This document shows positions 39,243 to 52,140 of a DNA stretch of 64,000 bases, in pieces. The notes beneath the pieces are model-generated. The model had not been told where the DNA came from. It was given only the letters and a program-made list of their open reading frames with translations, and made no database searches. Source of the stretch: Phoronis australis. Taxonomy: Eukaryota > Animalia > Phoronida. The position numbers and the translations under genes are program-made. Positions within the stretch are counted from its first letter, which is position 1; every line of letters starts with the position of its first letter. The stretch spans positions 340,667-404,666 of the forward strand of contig NMRA01000189.1 in NCBI GenBank assembly GCA_002633005.1. Reading direction: 5' to 3'.

Positions 39243-41697
39243 TTCACAGTTATTGGGGCGTTGTTTTTTTACTTCGATGAGAAAAATGGGCGAGATAAGT
39301 GAAGCTTCGTAGTAAGGTTACAGTTGACATGAGCACCGATCACTTTGCCCGTAAGCAAGAGGCGCGTACGCCGTCACGCTGTAGCGCTGGACGTGGCAGT
39401 GCGTGAACGTGTGTCCCGTGACCTTCGATTCAGTGCCTATCTAGTTCCCCAACTCGCTCACTGCTGATACCTTTATCAATGACTCTCGTGTCTTAAAAAG
39501 ACAAGTATAGCCTTGCAAGACAGAAGTCTTGGCAGCCGGAAAATTGAACGTAGTCCGGTGACCGCACAGCGGCGCCAAGTCGTGTTGTAAGAAACCGCAC
39601 TGTGTAAGCAGTTTTTAGTTCCTTGATAAGAACTACTATTAAATTCTAAAAATGACACAATGGAAAAGTGTGAAAAAAATATTACCTTAATTCACTTCGT
39701 CGATCAAAGTGCTCAAGTCAATAACCGACGTATGTAGACTTCACGGAGTATTTGGATTCATGAATATTAATTGTTAGTAGGCGTTTTTTGAACCATATGA
39801 GTCAATCGTTAAATCACGACTTGTGGTTTCAATTATATTTATTGTCCGCCAATATATTCACACAAACATGACGTAAACTTTGAAATTAGAGTGCAAATAG
39901 CAGAACTGAACGGCCACTGATCAGTTCGAGATTGTCGTTCAAAAAGTTTCAAAATCTATGAAGATACCATCAAACAGGACTGACCGAATTGAAAACCCCG
40001 CACGTCCTTTTCAATCTTCACCGTTTGCGCGGGCACCCTTACTTCGAACGTTTCTGAACCAGTATTACTAGCTAGCCTACGTCGCCACAAAATTGACAAC
40101 TTCGCCACTAAGCCGGAACAAAAATGTTTACCAACACCACATTGACAGTCTCGAAGTAGCATAAACCATCATAAAACGTGTTTGAAAATCACAAGTGAGC
40201 GTGTTATGTGTTATCTCCGATTAAGTTTTGATTTATCGCGTAGTCCCCCGCACGCACGTCACAGGGCGACACTTACTTTGTTCTATGAAAACAACGCTGA
40301 TCCGATGCTCGTCAACTACCTCGCGTTATTCCTGAATAACGCAGTCACACAGTGCATGAAAGTGTGGTGTTTTGGACTCCGTCTGTGTTACCGATCATAC
40401 ATGTACATGTAGGTTAAGGTCGGCAGCATCTCTACACATCTCTGTGGCGTTGTCTTGTGTCCCGGCGTGAGGAATGCGCAGTTTCCAAAAGATAAACTCT
40501 AGTGATATTCAAAAACAGACACTCAGGGGAACATGCTCCCTCAGTAAATCCGCCAAAAATGCATCCTGCGAACACGTACGTCAAACGAAAAATATATTTT
40601 CTACCGTTGTTAGCACAAAGCCCTTCCGTTTTCAAAAGGTCCCGTCTTTCGGGTTAACAAAGCAGGCGAAATATTTGTGCTCACGTGACATAATTTCACT
40701 GCTTGATGTACTCTTTACTGTTATTGATATTTTTATAGTAATCTTGTACTATTCCACGTTTTTTAGAAAAGAAATACATAACATTGATTTCCGCGGATGT
40801 GCTGATTAATTTCGGCGCAAGAAACGCGCACTTCATTATTTTCTTCTTCTTCTTCTTTCAGTTTTCAACAAACGATCGAAATACCGATTCTTATATGTTG
40901 ACTCATGTCAGTAATAAACTGAACTGTGCATAACTGTGAAAATTACAACAAAACAAAGTGCGGGTTAGTGCCAGGATAAAAACAAGTTTTATTATTTGCT
41001 GACTAAGGCTGATGTAGTGTAAGCATAGACTATGGTGTAAGTAGATTGGCAATTTTGCGTCTTTTTTACCAAAATATTCACGTGCACGTTATTTCTTTGG
41101 TTCAGTATTCCAGCCTCTTTGTTTAACAATATGCAGCCGACAAACCCGGCTGGTTTATGTTAGTGGTGTCACCAGCCCCTGCCCGTCGCCAGCCTTCTGC
41201 GGGTCTAATCGGGTTCCGAGCCACTGCGTTACAACGAGCGTTTTGTGTGTTTAGAACTGAAAAAAATCGCAAGTCTAAAATTACAACGCACCGCTATACT
41301 CCTCTGGCTGTTATATCACCGAACAGATACAAACTTCCGGCGACCGATCTCGGTAAGTTGGCCTACCGAACTTCGTCGGCTACGGTATGTTCAAAGTTTC
41401 TATAAATCCGTAATAGCGAATTAAAACAACCCTGTTGTTTAAAAAGTCAATGTATTTGTAAGGGTTTTGCATCGAATTTTGTTATTTATTTGTATAATGC
41501 AATGAATTCAAACGATAACCTGACACCAGTAAGCGTGTAATTGTGAACCGCTGAACAGACTGTTAGGACCTATTACGTCATTGGTTATTTTCAGTACCTC
41601 CGTCTGACGTCAGGTAAAAGAACTGAACTTGCTATTATCGATCTAAATTGAGGCAAAATACGTTATTTTTGGTGGCATTTCCCTTTAACAGTTCCTT

Positions 41698-41885
41698 GGC
41701 TTATTGTCATGAAATTTGGCAAGTAGTTGACTTTGTTTTACAGAGGACGCCACCTTCTCAATTCGGATGGGTTTGACGCATTCTGCGCCATCTAATGGAC
41801 ATTTTTATGATACTAAAATAGTCTTAGAAGCACACCGTTTGCGGTGCTATCGTGGGTGCATTTTAACGCTCCGCGATACTCTTGT
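41698..41885 (+). mobile_element. 3'-end fragment of the same HINE family
   Basis: catgaaatttgg...gcgccatctaatgg...gggtgcattttaacgctccgcgatactcttgt matches the 3' end of 37767-39076. Confidence 0.65.
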
Positions 41886-42240
41886 GTGGGTTGTTTCCCA
41901 ACGCAACGTCCTGGATCCGTGAATCTTTGCAATTTTGTGATTTATGTTTTAATTGCTATAAATTTTTGTTTCATTTCCTTCTGAATTTACAACATGACCA
42001 AGGAATAAACCGCCATTTGAATTATTAAGTAATTATGTGACAACATCTTTGTTCGTACGTGTAAGTGAAATCACATTTAAATTTCTCACGGGAATAAAAT
42101 CCCAACTTTCTTTACATCTAAATATAGGCTGCCGAATGTTAACACTGTATGTATTTTTAAATAATTTAAAAATTAGTTCATCTTTTCCGGTATGATAATG
42201 TCAGACACGCCTTATCACGACACAATCCTGGACGAGAACT

Positions 42241-42248
42241 TATATAAA
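42241..42248 (+). promoter_or_regulatory. Candidate TATA box of the discoidin-domain gene
   Basis: TATATAAA about 90 nt upstream of the ATG at 42334. Confidence 0.4.
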
Positions 42249-43373
42249 GACCATATTCTACGAATCGTTGCAAATTCGACATTCGTCAGCTGCATCCAGT
42301 CTTATTTACCTACCAATTCAAGATTCCGGGACCATGCCGAAGGGGAAAGTTCTTGTGTTCTCCGTTTTTCTCCTCTTAGTGGTACTGGTCAATAGTCAAG
42401 AAACTGAAGAAAGCTCGAAGGATGAAGAGGTTCAACCAAGTGAGAAGGAAGAACAAATCCAGGCTAGGTGAGCAAAAATCGAACCCGTGCCAATTTTGGT
42501 GACAAAATACACCAGCGAAAACGCACGATCAAGCAAGTCTTAACTGCCATGCCCGTGATCACTCCTGCTTTACCCACGAGCTTCTCGAGTTTACGGAACT
42601 CGACCCCGTCCTCCGGAGTGCAGCGTTGTACGCACTACTCGCAAGATTGTCATTGATAGGTGTCGTAATAAAATCGTAATAATGATAATAGTAATAATCA
42701 AATTAGTTGAACTAATAATAACGATAATGATCATTATATTAATTATGAAAATAATAATTAACAGTGATAATGATAGTGGACGAAAGACGAAGATCCTTAC
42801 GGTTGTGTTTTGAGTGTTGCGCTAAGGCTGCATCTCGTCTCTGGCTAAAACTCGATTTCACATCATGCCAAACTACAATGGTCCTGTTAAATCCGTTAAA
42901 AGCACGACTACACTTTTTGTTTGAAAGCTTGATACAGGGTCGCTCGTAGTGTCGAAAGAATCTCCTTTCTTCAAGTGTGCAGCTGCGTAGCAAAACACCG
43001 AGAGACATAACAAACAAACAAATTAAAACACCAGCTATATTTTCAGACTGTACGTCTCATTATCAGGCAATACCGGTAAGTGGAATGAACACATACGTAG
43101 CAAAATAAACAGTGAAATACACGTGGCAGCAGGAAAAGGGGCGTACACTCAGTATCAAGCTTTCAAACCGTTTAGTCGTGTTTTCAACGCATCAGTTGGC
43201 GTCACTACATCAATTTTCGTTACAACACTCCAGGAAAGCTTATTTTTTGGCCAATTTCAACATAAGCCCTATATTTTTGTAACCTCTGATCTCCATCTGT
43301 TTTTTATGAATTGGTTCTACTCTGTTGCACGATCATTTGACACACTATTCGTCATTTGTATTTTATGTAGTCA

Positions 43374-43681
43374 TAGGCGGATTTAGGGGGGCCCCGCAAG
43401 CAAAATGAAACAACAGCAACAGCATGAAGCGTGAGGAATATTGAGTTCAGTAACTAGAACCGGGAGCGGATGAGGGGGGCGGGACTCAGAGCCCAGATCG
43501 CAGCGGAATTGTGTTCCTTTTTTTCTTTTTTTTAGTCCAACGACAGACTTTACGAATAGAAGGTCCACAACCACGGCCCCGCAACTTACGGGCCGCCTGT
43601 GCACATACAATCGCGCTTTGCCCAATTCCACGAGGCAACATGTTGGGGCCCCCGCCTTATGGTATCCTAGATCCGCCACTG
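43374..43681. mobile_element. Short MITE (ggcggatttaggg / cctagatccgcc)
   Basis: Imperfect TIRs; a related head fragment lies near 56654-56690. Confidence 0.55.
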
Positions 43682-44243
43682 GTAGTTGTGGCGTCGTGCG
43701 GAAATTGACGAACATTTTAGCGCCCAAACTGTTCGTCAGTTAAATGTTTGATACGTGACGTTATTGTTTTAAATTGCCAGATCTTACAGTCACGGGTATA
43801 GGAAGATCAGCATCGAGGACATTAATGGGCCCAGGTGCACCAAGCTGCTGGTCTCCGGTCATCATGGCAGGCCAGACTCGAGTATCAGGGCCTCGTCTCA
43901 CTTCATCCCAAACCAGGCCTATTATGCACCGCCCAGGGCTCGCATTTACAGGAGGAAAATCGGTTCACTCTATGGGGGTTGGTCATCCCGATTTCTCAAT
44001 GTCAACCAGTGACTACAGTTCGACCTTGGCCTGACCAGGACCGTTGTCGGAGTGGTTACGAAAGGACGACAGGACAATGAGCAATTTGTAAAAACATACA
44101 GAATACAGTTTAGTAACAATGGTGTCTTTTGGTATATCTACAAGGATAGGCATGGCGTTCAGAAGGTTAGTGACAATATACACTCCCGTAGGTATACAGC
44201 GATCATAAGCCCAAGACAGTCACAGATAATTAAGGGATTTTAA

Positions 44244-44879
44244 GATAACTGTGAACCTTGTTTACCAGGTTGGACTTACAGTGTATGTGCAGATATCTTT
44301 AATTCTCTTAGCTCCAACCCCTGAATTATGTAATTTCTGAGAGGCGAATAAATTTCTTAACAAAATTTATTATTCTTATATACTTGCCTTTTTCACGAGA
44401 TAAGCGTTTTCAGAAGTAAAAATATTTTTTTGAATTTCAACACAGATTTTAAAACTATTGTTCCTCCAATCATATTGGACTTTTGTCAACATGTTGATAA
44501 ACGGCATTTTAGAGGGAACGGTGTCTCAGATTTTTGAACTAGGTCTTCTTATTTAATATCAACTTTTGAGAAGGCCTCTTTCCGAAAAACTAAGGCCGAT
44601 TTAAAGAATCTGAGACATGGTTCCCTCGAAAATGACGTTGTCAACGTGCTGACAAAAGACCATTATTGGAGGAACAATATTTTTAAAATATGTGTTCAAT
44701 GTTAATTGTTTTTACTAAAAACAAATCTAGTGAAAAAAGACAAGTAAATAAGAATGATAAATTTTGTTGGAAAATTTATTAACCTTTCAGAAAATAAATA
44801 CTTTGTAGGTATTAGAGATAACAGAATTTTTTTGCACATAAATACAACCTGGTAAACAAGGTTCACATATACATGTACC
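44244..44879. mobile_element. Long-palindrome (foldback) MITE flanked by TTAA, Kolobok/piggyBac-like
   Basis: tgtgaaccttgtttaccaggttg / caacctggtaaacaaggttcaca, with arms complementary over ~300 bp; TTAA at 44240-44243 and 44880-44883. Confidence 0.8.
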
Positions 44880-47269
44880 TTAAGGATGTTTATTCAGGCA
44901 AGACGTTCAGTCAAGAGAGACATTTCATACAGGTTCATGAAGGGACACTGTTCATGAAAGCGACTGTAAAACAAGGGCATTTGTCATATTAAGGGTTTAT
45001 ACAGGTTAGAGTGCTAAGTCGAGAAAATTCAATAGATTGAGTGAGATTACAAACTAGAAAGCTGTGTTTATGTTGCAGGATTTCCAGGGAAACTTCGACC
45101 TTGAGACTGCAAAGGTTAATACCTTGTACCCACCAATCAGAGCACGTTACATTAGAATTAATCCCCGTACCTGGCACGGGTGGATCTCCATGAGAGCTGA
45201 TGTGCTGGGATGTTTGTAAGAAAACACGATGTCTTCGAAACATCTCGACGAGGAACTGATCGAACACACTTCATCATATCCAAGATACTGCCATAGCATG
45301 TTCGGAGCATTACGCCGTTGTAAGACATTAATGGTCAGCATATGATTTTTGTCGAAGATTACGTCATAATTGGTGTTCCGTATAATCTAAATGTATATTT
45401 TAATTTACTTCCAGTAAAACCGTACGTGTCAATGAATGTTAAATGCCTTTTTGCCGGGTTAAAGTGTATAAACGCGCTATAAAACTTAATAAAAACCATT
45501 TTCAAACGTTTCCTGTGCACGTTTAAGCAAATTTCTGAAGACTTAAGAAACAGTAGTGCGTTCCGTAGAAATGCCGTGAGACATTTGCGAAAAACGCTAG
45601 CCTGATTATGCATGGTGATATCCCTTAACGTGAGGGGATATTGTGTTTTCACGAGTTTCTTGCGTTTAGAAAATGCTGTCCCGGTAACTTATTTGAGTGT
45701 ACATGTTTCCATTTCACTTGCTCTCTCCGTCTCCGATAATGTACCTATACATGTAAAACTATAAGGTTTGCCTTGGCTCAGCTGTTGATTGCGACTGTGA
45801 TGACATCATCGACTGGCTGTGATTTGGCACGTCATCCTCTTTTAACTAAACGGCCGTCAGGAGTACAGCTCTAGTGGGACCTGCTTCTCTCTGATTTACG
45901 ATGTCTTGATTTAGACTCATCAGTTACAACATTTTAGTGAAAGGGGCCCTCGACACAACAAATCGTTTAACCGGCTGAAAGATATAGCTTTCGCGTACCG
46001 TGGTGGAGGACCGCAAGATTGGCCACCCTGATACACTCACGGAAAGTACTCAGTACAAGGGGCAAGGGCCTGATATTCGTCCAAAACAAGAAGTGCTGTA
46101 CTCACACAGCGTTAATAAAAGATGCCCAGAACATTATTTCCGATAAAAGCCTTAGCAATACACAGATTCATTACAAGTCAATACGTGCTGTTCCCGGCAC
46201 AGAACACATGGAAGTGACATACTTTTTTATCGAGTGGATAAATTTTTACTTCATTTCTAGAAAATTCGCACCTTTTGCTCTGCAAAACTTCTGTAAAAAA
46301 ACCAATTTTGTAGCTGAAACTGAGGTTTCATAGATCCGAAAAATTGGTTGGGATCCTCGGGCAATAAAGGTGCACGGCTGAGGACGAAAATGGTGTAATC
46401 CGGGGGTTTTGCACCCGCCCTAGGTAAACGTGAAAGGTTTCGTCACGGTGCAGATCGTCGACCAGTGGTGTGAAACCGCATGGTATCACATTTCTCAGAG
46501 TTGTCGAAAATCATCAAGTTCTTAGTCTCAAAATTTTAGTCGCAAAGCATGTAAGTGGGGTGCAGGTAAATTGGTGGAAATTAGAAGGAGGGGAATAAGG
46601 TGACGACGTGTGCGATAAGTGTCGGGTAGGTGGTGGAGAATAGGGGGCAACTAGGGGAGATGAAATGATGGCATGCATGCAGTTACGACCATACATAATA
46701 TGCCGTTGTCCATGAAACGTTGGCGTCGACATGAAGTCGGAGATAAACTGATATTTTTCTTGTTCTTTTAATACATTTATTGAAAACACAAAGGCAGTGT
46801 ACAATAAACAAAGGTATTATATCAGATTGGTTGATATTAAAATTGAGCAAAATAACGACACACTTAAGACCATATAAAAGTAAATTAGTAATTTTCTTTG
46901 AACACTGGTCACAAAATGCACCTCCGTAATGTAAAGTTTTGACCATTCACCTGTGTCGCAACAACAGTTATTTCCAAAAGACATCACTAGTTAAAATTTT
47001 GAAATTAGACTGTGAAATCAGGACCAGCTCCGGCGATTTGATAAAGGATTCAATATGAACCATTTTACAGCCTCCTAAAGAGAAGTCATGGCTTATTCAG
47101 TTTCTTTTACTTCAAACAAATGGAGAAGACTGGAGGCAATGACAAAGCAAAAAACAAACTTATTAGCAAGATATCTAATTACCACAATTCTGTCAAGGGG
47201 AGAGGCGGTCTTTAATCTTTGTACTCGAAACGAACTCGAAGTTATTTTTGGCAATTTCTCTGCTCCTTT

Positions 47270-47487
47270 CATGAGCGCACCCAGGGGGGGGGGGCTCGGG
47301 GCGCTCGAACGAGCCCCCCGATTGGCGAAGTGGGCAAAAAGGTCCTCCCCCGAGAGACAAAAAGTCCGAGAAAATGGGACAAAAGTCCACTAAATAAGCG
47401 CAAACGCGCAACTCACAGAGGTGCTCCCATTTTTTCACAACGTCGGGAATTCGAGCCCCCCCATATCGAAGGCTGGGTGCGCACATG
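47270..47487. mobile_element. Short MITE with CATG termini and a 5-bp TSD
   Basis: catgagcgcacccag / ctgggtgcgcacatg; ccttt on both sides. Confidence 0.75.
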
Positions 47488-49559
47488 CCTTTTATGCGAA
47501 CTCAAGACAAGTGGTTATCAGACTGTGCTCGAATACATTATAGTTTACGCATATGCGTTTCTAGCCCAAGTTTGCTTTTGATGACCATCCTATTCGTGCT
47601 ACAAACTCGAGTAAAAACTCGAAATTTTGAGTTCAAACTCGAACTTTTAGCCTTAACGCTGGATTTATCAACTGCAAACTCAGACTAACAAATAATCCAC
47701 ATAAGTCATTAATAATGTACTCGAACATAGAATAATAAGACACTGATCTTGTCTGAGTAGAGTTATAAATGCCAAACATAGTTTCGACTTTTCGAGTAAA
47801 AAGATTAGAGACCGGGCCATGGGTCAATATTTCTCTGTCAGTTTCTCTAACTTTTATTAGAATTCAAAGTTCAATTTGACCGTTTGATACAAATCCGCGC
47901 TAAATATAACCCCCAAAAAGGTAAAGTGTGACTCTGGCCGAGAAAGATTATATTAAACTATTTGAGCAAAGATTAGGAATGATTGCCAGTCCACACAGAG
48001 TGGTTTGGTAATTTTTTCACAGATTGAAAGTGAATAACATTTTTTAAGTTCAACGCGTACAGAAGAACCGGCTAAAACAGTTGAAGTCGTTCCCTCTCTC
48101 CGTCGTATCTGAGAATGGGATGTAAGCGATGGCAAAGAGCCATAAGAGAAGGTATTCGCGTGCTGCTATGGACGATGCAAATGTTGCAGGCCTTCGGAAG
48201 GCGGCACAACACCCACAGAGAACACGGTAGCCTCTGGAGAAGGTATGCGAGTAGTTTAGGCTTCCTGTGACTCATTTTGCTCATAGTGTTCTTCAGGAAA
48301 CGCTATGATTTACGTGTTCACGGCGAACATTGCAAAACGACTGAAAACTGCGTTTGTGTGCGTGGTTGTAGTCCTCCATGTGGAGGGAGGCCCTCTCCTG
48401 CTTACATGTATGTGCTACATCCCGTTGTGCTCCCGTTTCGCCATCGACTATCCCCGGCAATGGCCTGCGCCGGTGGATGCGGTCTCTTGAAGTGGTGACT
48501 GAAGACTTCTTAACCATCCCTTATCCACAAGAGGGAAGGTTAGGTCACTTGCATAGAAGCTGAGAAGGTATTGGCTCCTACACTAGCGGGCTCGGAGGTT
48601 CCTCAACCTTGTGAACCAATGGCATGAGCCGAAGGCACCGTGGTTCGCCTTGCCCTGCCTTCCTTCAAATAATGTTCCATGTCTGGCCCCGACACTAGTA
48701 GTTTTTGGGATCAAGCGACAATAAAAAGGGAGCGGATGAGAGGTGCGGAGGAATTTTCTTTAATGTTTTTATTTTGTGTTTATTATCATTACTTATTACC
48801 TTTAATGATATGTAGATGCCCTAGTGTTGGTTTGTAGTGGGCGAATAGTCTTTTTATCATTCTCATTATTATTATCTTCCGTTCTTACAATGTTAATTTT
48901 AATTGTACCAGAAGTGTGTTAGCAGTGAACAATTTTAGCAGACTTGGACTCAATGGTCTCTCTGTATATATTATCGTCAACACAAGTTGTCCTTCATCTG
49001 ATCCCTTGATGCCGTATAACAGTTGTTTTTGTCATGGTCAGTCAGCCATCATATACGAATTTTGTGTTTCAACATACAGACATACGACAATGCCTCGTAT
49101 AACTAATACAACATACTGCGGGGCTCATACTATGCAACCGCACCGAAGCGAGCACTGAGCAACAGTGCTTCTTATAATATATTTTTTTTGCTGCGGGGTT
49201 CACACAACTATGCGGGAATTAGTTCTGGTGAGCGCTCGACTACATCATTGCAATGTTGATGACCGCGGGCTTTCCAAACCAATTGGTTTCTGTAATTTTG
49301 GTTACGTGTGTCTGACAATATTGATCAGTTGTTGTAGAGTCCTTCGCTGGGTATAAAGACATGTTTTATTGTTGAGCGATGCGTTTAATTATTTTTGAGG
49401 CAAGCGACATGTTCCGGGCACTCTCCTGGGCTAATGTTTTACCTCAACGTGTCGCGCGGAACGATTTTGAAACTCAATTTTTTGAAATATTTTGAAAGTT
49501 AGTTCAAAGGCTAGACGAAAAGGTGAAGGAGACTGGAAACGAAGCAAGGAAATATACAA

Positions 49560-50000
49560 GTGAGGGGATCAACGACTGGTCGGATTTCAAAACCATTTGT
49601 CTGTATTTCAAAACCAGCTGGCTGGACTGCAAAGCCCAATAGCCGGTATTCTCCCTTGGGGTCGGACCCAAATTGGGTTGTTCGGTACCTCAAAACCAGA
49701 TGAGCGGTCCTACAAAAGAGTTGGCCGATGTTCAAACACAATGGCCAAACAAATCGCCCATTTTGAATGAAACATACAAACGGGTACAAGAAATAAACAC
49801 TAGATGCCACTTGAACACTTCGAAACAGTCGCCGGGCCATCATGTTTTGTGTCCAGCCAACTAGTTTTTTGGGTGAAGTCATCACGTTTTGAAATCCGGA
49901 CTACACGTTTGATCACTGTCCATCTGGTTTTGCAGTCTAGCCCACTGGTTTTGAAGTCCGGACAAGTGGTTTTGAAGTGTGACCAATTGTTGATTCGAAA
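49560..50000. mobile_element. Decayed foldback element with ~21-bp subrepeats
   Basis: Left tttcaaaacca repeats mirrored by right tggttttgaa repeats. Confidence 0.5.
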
Positions 50001-52140
50001 ATACATCCATGTGCAGGAAAGGTAACCACGTACGTCCAAGTGGTCATTGATTCATTCAATGTCGTTCAATGTGTAATGTAATTTCTTCTCACACCATAGT
50101 TGATTAGTTTGAAAAGCTGTGACCAACCAGCTCGTCTCCAGTGAATTGAAGTGAGTTTCCTTACGCGCGACCACGCAGTCTCAGATCTTGTCTTTGAATG
50201 CATTTTGTTACTCTTGCCGGTGTTGCACGCGCAACCAGAACTTTTTTATTTTTAAAGGGGCATTCTCTTATTAAAAAGCACTGTGACCAAAGATGAATGA
50301 CATCGTGATAGCTAGTCACACTAGCTGCCAAGCTGGACAACTTGGCCACCGAAGTTCGCATTGTGGTCTGCAGAGGATGTGCTTTGTGGTCAACATCCGA
50401 CTAAGTGTCGAAACTTCCACTTCAGATGGGTCATTTAGACCGTCGAAGCTTAAAAAGGCTACCAAACCCAGGCCCATTAGTAGATGTTAAAAATAGCTTT
50501 CCATTCAGTTATAAGAAACAAAGTTACGCTCTGTTACCCTCGGCTACCCTCAAAAGTTTGGGAAAAAATTGAAAATTCTTTACGAAGTATATGGTGTTAG
50601 ACGGGCAAGCGTGACCTACATTTTAGGCAAGTTGAACGAAAACTGTAGCCGAAAAACCAACCTCAAAGAACAAAAGAAATCTATTACATAGAGAGAATCT
50701 GTTTCTAGTTGAATTTTGCTTTTATCACTCAAGTGCGTCGCCAGTGATGCATTAGCAGGTGATAGAACGAGAATTGACTGAAATCACAAAAAGATGGTTT
50801 AGTATCATGAACTAAAGACGAACTTAAGATTACTTTACTGGAACGCACTTGAGACAAAGTGAGTTTTGTCTTTAAATTGACTTGCGTCTAAGATTTGTGG
50901 TAGATTTTTTTCAAGACCATAAACAGGAACTTTGCAGAGAACATAGTATCTAATTTCAGCGCCTTTTCATTAGTGAGAATGCTCCAACTTGAGTTGGGCC
51001 AAGTACAGTTGACTTACTCAAGATGAGGACATGCATATGTACGTCTACGACAAGTTAAATGGAGATCTCTTCACGAAAATTGTAAATCAGTCATTCATTG
51101 ATTGGAAAATTGTTTGATTAAAAATTGCATTGCCTCCTACTTTCTCACAAATAATCCTTCCTTCTGAACATTCAGTAAGACGTAATATTTGCTGAAACGA
51201 GCTGAGATTTGAATAAGACGAGTTGCTCAGTGCTAAGACTAAGACGCAATGGCCGTGAACTTGTTAATTGGCCATCTTCTCGAGTGAAACATTGCCGCAG
51301 TTAGAAAATACATTTGGATGGTCTAAAGATCAGAAACGTTCTGTAGCATTCCTTCGTTAACACAAACGTCGTTGAAAATACGACTAAACTTTTTATTTGA
51401 AGGCTTGTTCGTTATGTATCTCGGCGTTTTGTTACATAGCTGCACACCTGAAGAAAAGAGATTTGTTTCGACACTACGAGCGACTCTTTATCAAGCTTTC
51501 AAACAAAAAGTTTAGTGGTGGTTCCAAAGAAGTTTGTCTAAAGATGAAAACATTATCTTATGCTTGTCAAAATTAAGAAAAACGCAAGTCTCATGCACAT
51601 GTTCTTAACTAAAAATATATTTATTTGGAACATTTCTTGATCCTCGTACATTTGTATAAAAGTGAATCAAAAACACAATTTAAATGCTGCCTTCTTTAAA
51701 AAACCGACTTTTAGCCATGCGCTCTTATTAAACAGGTTTCAATTTGTTCTTAAATCTGAGTATTGAGCGTTAGGACCAGTTATAAGCGACCTAAATTATA
51801 AAACACTTGCCGATCTAGGGGCAGTCACAATTTTCGAAGCAAAATTTCGATTGTAGCCCCGAAAACAACATACCGGTTGCATTTTTGTGGTATCCGTAGC
51901 GTTAGGGGCCCATGTAAAACAAAAAGGTATCTTTAACAGAAGGCTGGTCAATGGCACCATGAACTTATAATGCTGAAAAGAAGTCAAGGCACACATTTCG
52001 TTTCCGAGTACAAAATACTCTTAATGCAGGTTGTTGCTGGTGTTATCTGTCCACGCTTCATTCTCCGACAAAGGTACACACACATTCTTTAGGGCAAATG
52101 AGCCGTTTTGCTGTTGTCAGTCAAAATTGTGTGTGAAGCA

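Larger units (their letters stand above)
42334..45219 (+). pseudogene. Secreted single F5/8 type C (discoidin/FA58C) domain protein, disrupted by a frameshift and a nonsense codon
   Basis: Exons 42334-42467 (signal peptide MPKGKVLVFSVFLLLVVLVNS plus acidic linker), 43047-43075, 43781-44165 and 45079-45219 (DFQGNFD...PPIRARYIRINPRTWHGWISMRADVLGCL*). Exon 3 changes frame near 43905 and reads GGWSSRFLNVNQ*LQFDLG...VVTKGRQDNEQFVKTYRIQFSNNG, with TGA at 44010-44012 where FA58C has Trp. The summed length of 689 nt is one short of a codon multiple. Confidence 0.8.

Noticed and set aside
44010-44012. Selenocysteine codon
   Set aside because: Aligns to a conserved Trp, co-occurs with a frameshift, and no SECIS was recognised.
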